Positions 36,601 to 44,806 of a stretch of 64,000 bases of DNA are shown here, in pieces. The notes beneath the pieces were generated by a model that saw nothing but the letters and a program-made list of their open reading frames with translations, was not told the origin of the DNA and did not search any database. This DNA is from a virus (lineage: Duplodnaviria; Caudoviricetes): the IMG/VR virus record IMGVR_UViG_3300036971_000130, one strand, 5' to 3'. The translations under genes and the position numbers were made by a program. The first letter of the stretch is position 1. Every line of letters starts with the position of its first letter.

Positions 36601-38653
36601 ACTCCAACTGGAAGACGCCGGAGGTCTTGCCTTCACCGAGCAGCTTCCATGTCTTGCGGATTCGCTGACGATCGACTTCGGTCAGGTTCGGGTCGTCGAG
36701 ATCGGTCGGGAGGAAGTCCGGGTCGATGTCTTCGCCGGTGGTCTCCTTGATGACGTTCACGCAGGATGCGACCACGTCGAGGTTCCGGAGGCTGAGGGCG
36801 TCGATCTTCATGTAGTCGGCGGCGCTGATGTCGACAGCGTCGTTCTGAAGAACCGGGACATCCGAGGTCGCCGTGTAGCGCCGGGGAAGGTCGCCTTCCA
36901 TGCTCACATCGGAGACGACGATGCCGCAGGCGTGGATGCCCTCCTTGTCGATGAGATCCTCGAACTCCAACGCCAATGACACGACCGCCTGGTAGGCGAC
37001 GTTCTTGTCCTTGCGGGACAGGAAGTCCGAGGCGAGGGTCTTGATCTTCTCGCTGGCGCTCTCGTCGGTCGCCATGTGGAGGGGGAGCGGCTTGCCGCCT
37101 GGGAGCATCGGGATCGAACGGGAGAGTTCGTCTCCGATATCGGTCTCATCGAGGACCGACGCTGCGGCCTTCAGAGCGCCCTTGGACTTCAGCGTTCCGA
37201 GGTTGCCGATTCGAGCGACCCGGTCGTAGCCCCATCGCTGAGCGAGGTAGACGAACACCTCGTTGCGTCGGCCGGTCTCGAAGTCGATGTCGATGTCGGG
37301 CATCTCCATGCGGTCGATAGAGAGGAACCTTTCGAACAGGAGGCCGTTCGAGATCGGCTCGACGTTGACGATGCCGAGGCAGTAGGAGATCGCACATCCG
37401 GCAGCGGAGCCTCGTCCGGGGCCGACTCGGATGCCGACCGAACGTGCCCACTCGATCATGTCCTGCACGATCAGGAAGTAGTCACCGAGGCCCTTCGTGT
37501 CGATGATCCCGAACTCGAAGCTGATCCGGTCCTGGACGACCTTGTCGATCTTGCCGCTGGCACCGTAGCGCCACCAAGCTCCGGCGATGATCTGGTCCCA
37601 CAGGTAGGCCGAGGAACCTTCGAGGCCCTTCGCCTTCGCCATGGCGGACGGAGTCCAGTCTGCTGGCGGGTCGAACTTCGGCAGACGGATGCGCTTCTCA
37701 CGGACCCCGATGACATCGTCGTCAGTGACCATCTCAGCGATCTTCAGGGAGTTCACGACGGCGAGTTCTGTGCCGGGCTGGTTGTTGAACAGCGCCCGCA
37801 TCTCGGCCGGGGTGCGGAGGTGGTAGCCCTCACCCTGGAACTTGAACCGACGATCGTCGCTGATCTGCGACTTCGTCGAGTGGCAGAGCCACGCTTCGTG
37901 ACCGTCGGCGTTCTCGGCTTCGACGTAGTGGGCGTCGTTGGTGGCGACGACTTCGAGCCCGAACTTCTTGGCGAGTTCGACGAGCCCGCCGATGACCTTC
38001 TTCTCGGCAGCGATGCTGTGGTCCATGACTTCGACGAAGACCCGGTCCCGTCCGAAGGCCCCGACCAACTGGGCGAGGTTCCTCTCGGCGGTCTTCATGT
38101 CGCCCTGCAAGATCGGACCGGCGACCGGACCACCGAGGCAGCCGGTGAGGCAGATCAGCCCGTCTTGGAGGGAGCACAGGAGGTCGAGGTCGATCCTGGG
38201 CTTGTACCAGGTTGCCGCTTCCCGGTTCGCTGCATTGTTCAGCCGGACGAGGTTCTCCCATCCGGTGCGGTTGTAGGCGAACACGGTGATGTGCTGGTAC
38301 CGCTTGTGCTTGGTCTTGCCGGTCGCATCGCCGGAGGCCGACGAGTCGAGGTCGATGTCGTTGATGCCGACGATGATCGAGTCACGGTCGAACCGGCTGC
38401 CGATCGACAGGTAGAACTCGCAGCCGATGATCGGCTTCACGCCCTTGTCGAGACATGCCTCGATGAACTTCCGGCAGCCGGAGAGTGTCCCGTGGTCGGA
38501 GATCCCCACAGCGGGCGAGTCGTCCCCGTCGGCCAGACCGTTGCGGAAGGCTGCTCCGGCGAGGGCTTTGATCCGGGCGGCTCCGTCGAGAACGCTGTGG
38601 GAGGTGTGGTTGTGCAGTGAGACCCATCCAGGTCGGAGGATCTCAACGGTCAT
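33647..38653 (-). CDS. dnaE: DNA polymerase III alpha subunit with intein
   Basis: PHP HNHTSHS.LDG, SDHG, GCEFY, TNDAHY; GPGRGSAAG, PDIDIDF, GIHACG, GVFQLES, LYRPGP, YQEQ, YSFNKAH; OB fold; acidic Pro-rich tail. Confidence 0.97.
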   Translation of the reverse strand: MTVEILRPGWVSLHNHTSHSVLDGAARIKALAGAAFRNGLADGDDSPAVGISDHGTLSGCRKFIEACLDKGVKPIIGCEFYLSIGSRFDRDSIIVGINDIDLDSSASGDATGKTKHKRYQHITVFAYNRTGWENLVRLNNAANREAATWYKPRIDLDLLCSLQDGLICLTGCLGGPVAGPILQGDMKTAERNLAQLVGAFGRDRVFVEVMDHSIAAEKKVIGGLVELAKKFGLEVVATNDAHYVEAENADGHEAWLCHSTKSQISDDRRFKFQGEGYHLRTPAEMRALFNNQPGTELAVVNSLKIAEMVTDDDVIGVREKRIRLPKFDPPADWTPSAMAKAKGLEGSSAYLWDQIIAGAWWRYGASGKIDKVVQDRISFEFGIIDTKGLGDYFLIVQDMIEWARSVGIRVGPGRGSAAGCAISYCLGIVNVEPISNGLLFERFLSIDRMEMPDIDIDFETGRRNEVFVYLAQRWGYDRVARIGNLGTLKSKGALKAAASVLDETDIGDELSRSIPMLPGGKPLPLHMATDESASEKIKTLASDFLSRKDKNVAYQAVVSLALEFEDLIDKEGIHACGIVVSDVSMEGDLPRRYTATSDVPVLQNDAVDISAADYMKIDALSLRNLDVVASCVNVIKETTGEDIDPDFLPTDLDDPNLTEVDRQRIRKTWKLLGEGKTSGVFQLESQGMTALTVDMRPTSLNDLSALLALYRPGPLGANMHTRYVERKHGREAVDYGMYTRTSQNAEVENEIIESVFADTYGVCVTGDTRIYSVTRGHLINIDEAEVGEVVQGVDEDNNLASGQITHFMDNGDRQVMKLSFSNGQTLRATPDHKVLTNRGWIAAGDLVSGDLVAEPSRYLNPDVEHQRDNLVSIVNARGIGVTLAEDSWFVDEAIPQEFMSADDEIVRALVSQIIASGRPLFTVSPTIVEQIQFLALRLGIQSQVRPMPNNENAFLISFLDSASEPGGIRWIEVPEIATGGIERVYDITVAGIHNFIANGVVVHNCVYQEQMMSIAAKVGGFDPVGTNKLRKAVSKKNADELAKVGTQFVEGAQQEIRDEDGNLVKPAFHYETAERLWDTMKSAGEYSFNKAHSFSYGTLSYMTAYLKANWPEAYAAGLLMSTKDNERRLSMLTAMREEGVAVVLPSVNGSLVKTSVNASNEVSFGLSEIKGANASEMHRLVAERDRGGLFTSFDDLCSRCFDPGLPPEMRVGRGEIPKLIESGAMDEFAPKLPDGTPARKSLMFLLATAGIVAYAEDDVPLMSWSYVEQARRERKLLGVLLSASPLTHHTDELKSVGLSGIKPQPISRVVAETTKQTVVTVGVLASWAEKSGHWGRRASYILEGSSTYIRGVAWSRTMDRLTAQGNIPSVGDVVIVRGLRKVRQAPPPPDALDDDDSSGVEHVEPADERPELTLDDLEVLSLKDTSFRDSFEVPEFIFDRPDDDPRMGQMSIFDGPPSAPTEPTEPQEPEPEDDPVPAPEDEPIALGPETEDVDAIFDQIVSNFEVGGGGTKPDDGGSVATMEAPSLTGTVRPPDRSGMVGRWTVSEFIEMSEAVYEFPWSPGQVDEIIVEASVTGTDDWLDGARNVLCRTRPEIETPLDNIDHLTGSRFDRLNDESMMSETKALVYDGVPIMRESTRSDIHRRTWIVRADEVPGAAALNFAATLRRS
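35642..36367 (-). mobile_element. Intein (242 aa) in DnaE with degenerate endonuclease remnant
   Basis: TYGV|CVTGDT..ATPDHKV..VYDITV..HNFIANGVVVHN|CVYQEQ. Confidence 0.93.
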
Positions 38654-38836
38654 GCTGGTTCGTGACCTTCATCGGTGCGGCTTTCGGGTTTGCGCTTCCC
38701 GAGCGGAGTGACCGCCGGGGTGCTCCGCTGTCATGGGGCGGAGGGGCAACGGGTTGGACTGTACACGATCGGGTCTCGAAGGCAAGCCGTCGATCTGAAA
38801 ATCGTAGAGACATAGAGGGAGAGAGGGGTAGGGGGG

Positions 38837-39023
38837 TAAATTATAGACATATGTATGGGTTTTCTTGTACACCTACTACTACCTACCCCTCTACCTACTC
38901 CATACAACCTACGTTCTCCCAGGTCAGAGTGGAGATCGCTGTTCTTCGCCGGATTCCAAGAATCGCCTGTTCAGACCGCAGATCCGGCACTTATCCACAG
39001 ACTTGTCCACAACCTTATCCACA
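38837..39023. other. oriC-like replication origin
   Basis: AT-rich tract 38837-38870; CTAC repeats 38873-38912; DnaA boxes TTATCCACA 38991, TTGTCCACA 39003, TTATCCACA 39015; intergenic, next to dnaE. Confidence 0.7.
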
Positions 39024-39079
39024 GAAGACAGAGAGCGAACGAGTTGGACCAGACCGAAAACCCCACCCATATTGTGACC

Positions 39080-40541
39080 ATGCAGCCCGCTTTCGAGTTC
39101 GGAGACCCCATCGAGAGAGGACCCCAGAGCCGCTACTGGTGGGTCCGTCGATGCCCGGACTGCGACGAGGTGATCGCCACCGAGGAAGAACTTCCTGGCA
39201 TCTCGGGTGCGAAGGATGCGATCGGGGGCTCTCGGAGGCGTCTCCGAAGGGGCGTTTCGAGCGCATCGAGGTAAAACACGAAGATGGGGGTTGCGTCCAC
39301 CCTGGATGCATGTGTATCGTCCCAAGCCCATGACGGCCGACGCTCTCGCACAGATCAGGGACATCCTCCCCGAAGCTCTGCGACCTGGCGCGTCCAGCCT
39401 CGAAGCGGTCGAAGCGATGAAGCAGTTCCTCGTTCCCGATCTCGTCGAGCAGATCGACGCCATCCTGTCTGCTGTCTACCACCAGGAAAGTGACCCTGAC
39501 CTGGTGATTCGCCTGATCGACGATGAGCCATTCATCTACGATTGGGAGGGCATCGAGCCCGACTTCACCGACGATCCCATTGACCCCGTTGACGTACCCG
39601 ATTGGGCCGACGAAACCGATGAGATCGGACCGGAGAACGAGTCAGATCCCGCCGTCGCACAGATCGACGACACGGAACAGCCTTCCGCCCACGGGGCAGT
39701 TGAGCCGTCCCACAACCACGCTGACCTGGTGGAATCCGGGTCTGACGAGGTAGCACCGGTTCCCGAACCGCAAGTTCAAGCAGCGCACGCCGACCTTCGG
39801 ACCTCTACAGACGATGTCCCTGGCGAGGGTGGTCAGGACTTGGATGAGCGGAGCACCCTTGACTCCCCCAGTAGACCAACAGGGGCGACGAACACCAGCA
39901 CCGAGGAACCGGACTACTTTGGCAGGCCAGAGGACTTCACGCCGGGCGTCAAGCCTGTGTTCGTGGTACCCGAGTTGTTGAGCGCCGAGTGGGATGACCC
40001 GCTGAACCGGCCACCGGAAACACCTCCTGACCAGGTTGTTCTTGCTGAACCTGTGATCGTCGAGGATGAGCCTCCCTCTGTGGATGACACGACCGAGGCA
40101 GTCCCGAAGCAACCGTCGCAACGACGGACGCAGGAGACGAACCACTGGGACCAATACGAGAACCCGGACTACGAGTTGACCGACGGTGACATGGCAGACG
40201 CTCTGGCGGACGCCGAACGGATGTTCGATGAGATGATGCGTTCCGAGCCGGAAGCTCGTCCTCCGCCGACACCTGAACCACCCCAACCTGAACCAACACC
40301 GCTGAAGCCGCCTGTGGCTACTTCAGCGACCGATCCGAGGGACAGTCTCATGGTCGATTCCGAGTCCGATCTTGGGCACATCCACATGCTCGTGGAGGTG
40401 CAACGAGGCAAGCGGTTCGCCAAGTGCGGCCACGAGCGCATGGACAAGGCGAAGACCAGCTACGCCGACGAGTTCACGGTGTGGCACAACGATGTGTCGT
40501 GCCCCACCTGCATCGAGGTGATGACGGCCCCCGCCGCCTGA
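39080..40541 (+). CDS. Acidic Pro-rich hypothetical protein with Cys motifs, probable frameshift at G5 39224-39228
   Basis: ACCCATATT-N6-ATG at 39080; CPDC; removing one G joins ORF 39207..40541; C-terminal H..CG..CPTC. Confidence 0.55.
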
Positions 40542-40542
40542 A

Positions 40543-40904
40543 CTACCTCGGGCTGATGTTCGAGCCGTTGATGTTGTAGTGGTAGACCTTGGTCTGCACG
40601 CCCGAGCGGGTCATCGTGACCGTCTGGGGACCAGCGAAACGACCTCCGACCGAGTCGAGGTAGGTCTCTGCGTAGACGACCACCGCACGTCCAGTGGCGT
40701 CCTTGACGCTGCACTTGAACTTCTCGGTGAGGGTCGAGTCAGCGCCGTAGGTGTCGACCGTCGACTTCGTGAGCTTGCAGGAGGTCAGCTTGGCGTTGCC
40801 GCCGACGTACCTGACATCACCAGCGTTCACGAACTCGCCGGAAGGCAGGCGGTGACGACGAGGGCAATGAACATCGCTGCTGCGATCAGTGGGGTCTTCT
40901 TCAT
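40543..40904 (-). CDS. Lipoprotein, frameshifted near 40840
   Basis: MKKTPLIAAAMFIALVVTAC lipobox-type signal is out of frame with GEFVNAGDVRY..; adding one base restores the gene; TAGCAT-N7-ATG. Confidence 0.6.
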
Positions 40905-40928
40905 GCCGAAGATGCTACCACAAGGGAG

Positions 40929-40949
40929 TTGTCCACAGGCTGTGGACAG
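40929..40949. promoter_or_regulatory. Inverted pair of DnaA-box-like sites between divergent genes
   Basis: TTGTCCACA-ggc-TGTGGACAG. Confidence 0.55.
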
Positions 40950-40993
40950 TCGGACCTGGACACGTTTGGTTGTCGCCATCCATGGTGAGAATC

Positions 40994-41173
40994 ATGGACA
41001 TGAACCGCTTCCAGAGGATCACCACCAACACGGAACTCGTGAACGCCTTGTTCTACGTTCTCGTGTGGACGATGTGCCTCGTCACCAGCGTCATCGCCTT
41101 CAGGATCAACGACATCGCAGGGTTCATCACCATCCTGGTCATCGCCTACCTGTCCAACGACAAGAAGAACTGA
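40994..41173 (+). CDS. Small two-TM membrane protein
   Basis: CATGGT-N7-ATG; two hydrophobic helices. Confidence 0.6.
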   Translation: MDMNRFQRITTNTELVNALFYVLVWTMCLVTSVIAFRINDIAGFITILVIAYLSNDKKN

Positions 41174-41178
41174 CCGCC

Positions 41179-41733
41179 TCAGTCCATGAAGGCTTCGAGA
41201 TCACGAAGCCAGCACTGCACCGGAGCGATCCACAGCGTGCCGAGACGGCCATGCGTCAATTCGACGACCCGGAGTTCACGGGGCACGTCGTTCTTCTTGT
41301 CCTTCAGCCAGTCGAGGGCTGCGGTGAACTTCGCCGTGGTGAAGGTCTCCGTGGTCGATCGGTTCCCGACGTTCGGGTCCGGCCACTCGTAGGAAGCCGC
41401 CAGCCAGCGGACGGTGACACCGTCGTCGAGCACCTTGCGTGAGTTCGGGAGCGGCACCATCGCAGCGCCCCAGAGAGCCCCGGCGTTGAGCCTCTGGCGC
41501 TCAGCGCCATCGGACCCCTGACGGATGCCGGACGTGACGTTCTTCCACGCCTTCACCTGGACCACGGTGTCACGAAGGATGCGTACATCCCCCATGTCCT
41601 CCTTGCGGCCAGCGCCGAGTTCACGCATCCGCACGCCGGACTTCAGCATGTGCTCGGGAGCGATCTCCAACAGGACAGCGACAGCTTCCCGCTCGAACGC
41701 ATCGCCCTTGTTCTTGTTGGCGTTCCTACCCAT
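41179..41733 (-). CDS. Hjc-like Holliday junction resolvase (PD-(D/E)xK)
   Basis: NKNKGDAFERE, DMGDV, VQVKAW. Confidence 0.7.
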   Translation of the reverse strand: MGRNANKNKGDAFEREAVAVLLEIAPEHMLKSGVRMRELGAGRKEDMGDVRILRDTVVQVKAWKNVTSGIRQGSDGAERQRLNAGALWGAAMVPLPNSRKVLDDGVTVRWLAASYEWPDPNVGNRSTTETFTTAKFTAALDWLKDKKNDVPRELRVVELTHGRLGTLWIAPVQCWLRDLEAFMD

Positions 41734-42244
41734 TGGGTTTCTTCCTGTAGATCGAGAGGGAGAAGGAGCCGCCTGACGGCCCCTTCCTGGCCTTCACCGG
41801 GTCACCGTAGGTGATCGTCTCGTACTGGTACTGCTTCTCTGACAGCGACCACGAGACCTTCCGTGGCTGGTCAGGAGGGAAGTACGACCGACGACGACGT
41901 TCGAGACGCCAGCGGTAGGTTCGGGTTGGCACCCACGCCGACTTGCGCCCGTTGTGCGACTTGCAGAGGTACTGCAAGTTCTGCATCGAGGTTGCTCCGC
42001 CCTTCGACCACGGGTAGACGTGATCGGCTTCTTCGGCACCTCCACGGCACCGGAACCAGAACGGATGCTTGTGCTCGCAGCGGTCACCGCACCGTCTACG
42101 GCCGAGCTTGCGTTGCTCGTCGTCGTAGAACCTCTGCGGGTCCTTGTTGACCTGCCCTCCACGCTTCGATGCGACGAGTCCGAGGACGACGAGGACAACC
42201 AGTCCAGCGACGATCCAAGGCCAGTGGGTGAGGGCGGCGTCCAT
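41726..42244 (-). CDS. HNH endonuclease with N-terminal TM anchor
   Basis: EADHVYPWSKGGATSMQNLQYLCKSHNGRKS; WPWIVAGLVVLVVLGLV. Confidence 0.88.
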   Translation of the reverse strand: MDAALTHWPWIVAGLVVLVVLGLVASKRGGQVNKDPQRFYDDEQRKLGRRRCGDRCEHKHPFWFRCRGGAEEADHVYPWSKGGATSMQNLQYLCKSHNGRKSAWVPTRTYRWRLERRRRSYFPPDQPRKVSWSLSEKQYQYETITYGDPVKARKGPSGGSFSLSIYRKKPNG

Positions 42245-42927
42245 TATCCACAGGCTACTGTGGACGACCAGTTCATGCGAACAGCACCAGTGTTCGATGC
42301 GTAGCGGACCGAGTAGCTACCAGGCGAGACGCCGAAGTCCTTGGAGATGGAACCGCCAGCGGACTCGTTGATGTTCACGCCCGGCCCGGAGACGGACAGG
42401 CTGACCGTGCCATCACCGGAGACGTTCAAGCTCAACGACCCGGAGCCGGAGCAGGTGATCGTCTGAGTCTTCGACACGCCGCTCTGCGGTCTCGTGGTGA
42501 CCACCGGCGGCTGCGTGGTGACGACAGGTGGGTCGGTGACCACCGGAGGATCGGTCCTCGGAGTGGTGACCACCGGCGGATCAGTGGTCGGAACGGTCTC
42601 GGGTGACGTGGTGATGACCGGAGCTTCGGTGGTGGTCGTGGACTCCACCGGTTCCTCAACGGTCGTCGTGGTTTCCTTCGGCTTCCCGGTCGTCGACGTG
42701 GTCGTAGGCGGCGTCGTGTTCGTGGTCTCCGTGGCCTTCGACGTGGTCGTCGAACCGTTCGCCACAGCGGGGGTCTTCTTGCCGCCCTGACCGATCGCCA
42801 GGAAGCCACCTACCCCGAGCACCACGATGACCGTGAGGACGGCAACGACGAGCTTCAGGGGTACGCCGAACCTCCACCGGAAGGTGGAGCCCATCGACCT
42901 CTCGAACTCGATCTTGTTGCCGTCCAT
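42244..42927 (-). CDS. Membrane-anchored Thr/Pro-rich exported protein
   Basis: GAGGA RBS before MDGNK; TM; PPVVT repeats; Cys-bounded beta domain. Confidence 0.7.
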   Translation of the reverse strand: MDGNKIEFERSMGSTFRWRFGVPLKLVVAVLTVIVVLGVGGFLAIGQGGKKTPAVANGSTTTSKATETTNTTPPTTTSTTGKPKETTTTVEEPVESTTTTEAPVITTSPETVPTTDPPVVTTPRTDPPVVTDPPVVTTQPPVVTTRPQSGVSKTQTITCSGSGSLSLNVSGDGTVSLSVSGPGVNINESAGGSISKDFGVSPGSYSVRYASNTGAVRMNWSSTVACG

Positions 42928-42945
42928 TTCAGTCCTCTCACGAGA

Positions 42946-42977
42946 AGTGCCCGGCCCCATTGTAGGGACCGGGCACT
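42946..42977 (-). terminator. Hairpin downstream of ssb
   Basis: AGTGCCCGG..CCGGGCACT. Confidence 0.55.
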
Positions 42978-43007
42978 CAGGTTCTCATTTAGCCCCGAAG
43001 GGCCGGA

Positions 43008-43433
43008 TCAGAAGGCTTCCTCGTCGTTGGACGCTGCGGCGGCAGTCGGACGAGCGGAACCGTTGCCACCGCCGTTGCCGGATGAGCGGGTGATCTCCGC
43101 CGTGGCGAAGGCGAGGTCGACGGACACCTTGTCTGCAACGATCGAGGTGACGGGGACCTTGACCTCGTTACCCTCGTCGTCCTTCAGGACACGGTCGAAC
43201 TGGGTCAGGTAGCCCTCGATCGTGACGCGGTCGCCCTTCTTCAGCGTCTTCGAGGCGTTGACGGCGCTGAACCAGTTGGTGACGGAGAACCGGATCGAGG
43301 TCTCGTTGTCGCCGCTGCCCTCGTTGGAGATGAGGAACAGGTTGACACGAGCCTTCTTGCCGTCAGCAGCGGGGGTGAAGGTGGGATCGGAACCGAGGTT
43401 CCCGGTGATGAACACCGTGTTGTTGAACGCCAT
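43008..43433 (-). CDS. ssb: Single-stranded DNA-binding protein
   Basis: ITGNLGSDP, LKKGDRVTIEGYL, acidic tail DEEAF. Confidence 0.92.
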   Translation of the reverse strand: MAFNNTVFITGNLGSDPTFTPAADGKKARVNLFLISNEGSGDNETSIRFSVTNWFSAVNASKTLKKGDRVTIEGYLTQFDRVLKDDEGNEVKVPVTSIVADKVSVDLAFATAEITRSSGNGGGNGSARPTAAAASNDEEAF

Positions 43434-43450
43434 GATGGTGCTCCCTTGGT

Positions 43451-43496
43451 AGACCGGCCGTAGCCGGTGGTGATTGGAGACCGGCCGTAGCCGGTG
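43451..43496 (-). repeat. 19-bp direct repeat, each copy a C(UACG)G hairpin in the ssb leader
   Basis: AGACCGGCCGTAGCCGGTG at 43451 and 43478. Confidence 0.85.
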
Positions 43497-43529
43497 ATAA
43501 GGAGCCGGAATCGCTGGCTTCTTGACTAC

Positions 43530-43551
43530 ATTCTCTACAAGGGGGCTGACA
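43530..43551 (-). promoter_or_regulatory. PafBC/RecA-NDp-like promoter of ssb
   Basis: TGTCAG-cccccttgta-GAGAAT. Confidence 0.55.
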
Positions 43552-43589
43552 GTCTGTGGTGATTTACGAGGAATCTCCGAAAGATTTTC

Positions 43590-44300
43590 TCAGAACCAGT
43601 TGCCGCCGAAGGCACCGACATCGAACAGCCGCCAGGTCACGAAGCCGATGGCGAGCAGCAGGAGCGGGGAGACGATCGAGTTCTCGACGAACCCGCCGGA
43701 CTTGAACAGGCCAGCGGAGAACTTCGTCTTCGTGAACGGGGCCAGCCAGGAGATACCTGCGGGCGTCGGTGTGTCACCCAGCAGGTGCGTGAAGTAGGGG
43801 ACGGGGATCGCTGCGTAGAGCCACCAGTCGGGCTGGAACCCCTTGGTGGCGGCGAGCCAGGCGACGAAGATGCCGACAGGGATGGCGATGGCAGCAGCCA
43901 CCTTCTCGTACTTCTCGGGGAGGATCGCTGCGGTACAGAACGGCCATCCGAGGGCGATCGTGAGGCCGAGGGTGGCACCGAGTTCCCAGCCGGGACCGAA
44001 GACGTTGATGAGCGCCCACACCCAGGCGGTCAGGAGCGGAATGATGACGAGCGGCCAGTGGGTGCGGGTCCGGTGAGCGCCGGTGAAGATCCGCATGAAG
44101 GAACCGAGCGGTCCAGCGACCTGCGACGCCTTCGAGTGCTTCTCGTCGATGTCCGCTGCGAGAGCGGCACCTGCGGCCACGACCGCCCCGGCAACGATCA
44201 CCGATGGCAGCGGGAGGTTCAGGTCCCAACGGGAGTGAGCGAGGACGAGAGCGCCACCGTAGGCAGCGACACCGGACATGGCGTGGTTGAGGCCGTTCAT
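43590..44300 (-). CDS. YdjM-like membrane metal-dependent hydrolase
   Basis: MNGLNH, ADID, HRTRTH, THLLGD..T..G; multiple TMs; CATGAT-N7-ATG start. Confidence 0.85.
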   Translation of the reverse strand: MNGLNHAMSGVAAYGGALVLAHSRWDLNLPLPSVIVAGAVVAAGAALAADIDEKHSKASQVAGPLGSFMRIFTGAHRTRTHWPLVIIPLLTAWVWALINVFGPGWELGATLGLTIALGWPFCTAAILPEKYEKVAAAIAIPVGIFVAWLAATKGFQPDWWLYAAIPVPYFTHLLGDTPTPAGISWLAPFTKTKFSAGLFKSGGFVENSIVSPLLLLAIGFVTWRLFDVGAFGGNWF

Positions 44301-44353
44301 GGTCACCATCATGGGTCGGGAAGCGGACGAAATCGTACCCCATCGTGTGACAT

Positions 44354-44806
44354 GTGTGTACACTCCCCTTCGTGGAAAAATGGGATGTCAGATACCGAGC
44401 CCTGATCGAGTACGTGGAGCGTGAGGGCCTGATCCCGTCCGCCCGCCGAGATCAGCGGATGGGCTCATGGGTGGCCGAGCAGAAGCGACGGCTCCGGAAG
44501 GGGATCATGCCCACCGAGCAGCGTGAGCTTCTCGAAGCCATCGACGGTTGGTACTGGGACAACGAGGATCTCCATGCCAGGGCTGGGTACAGTTCGCTCT
44601 GGAAGCGCAACTACGACAACCTGCTCACCTACATGGCCGAGAACAGCCGGTACCCTTCGCAGTTGAATGCGGATCGCTCGATCAGCAAGCTCGGCTCCTG
44701 GGTGTCCAGGCAGCGTCAGACGTACCGTGGGGACAAGAAGTCACGCCCCCTCACGGCTCGACAGATCGAGATGCTCGAACGCCTCCCCCAGTGGAACTGG
44801 GGTTAG
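44354..44806 (+). CDS. Stand-alone helicase-associated (HA) repeat protein
   Basis: Two W...Y..L..Y......P.....(M/L)GSWV..Q(K/R) units. Confidence 0.8.
   Translation: MCTLPFVEKWDVRYRALIEYVEREGLIPSARRDQRMGSWVAEQKRRLRKGIMPTEQRELLEAIDGWYWDNEDLHARAGYSSLWKRNYDNLLTYMAENSRYPSQLNADRSISKLGSWVSRQRQTYRGDKKSRPLTARQIEMLERLPQWNWG

Noticed and set aside
33647-38653. DnaE2/ImuC mutasome
   Set aside because: PHP metal ligands look intact and no imuA/imuB is adjacent; it fits a replicative-type DnaE better
38700-38730. Hairpin in the dnaE leader as a riboswitch or ncRNA
   Set aside because: A single GC-rich stem with no recognisable family features
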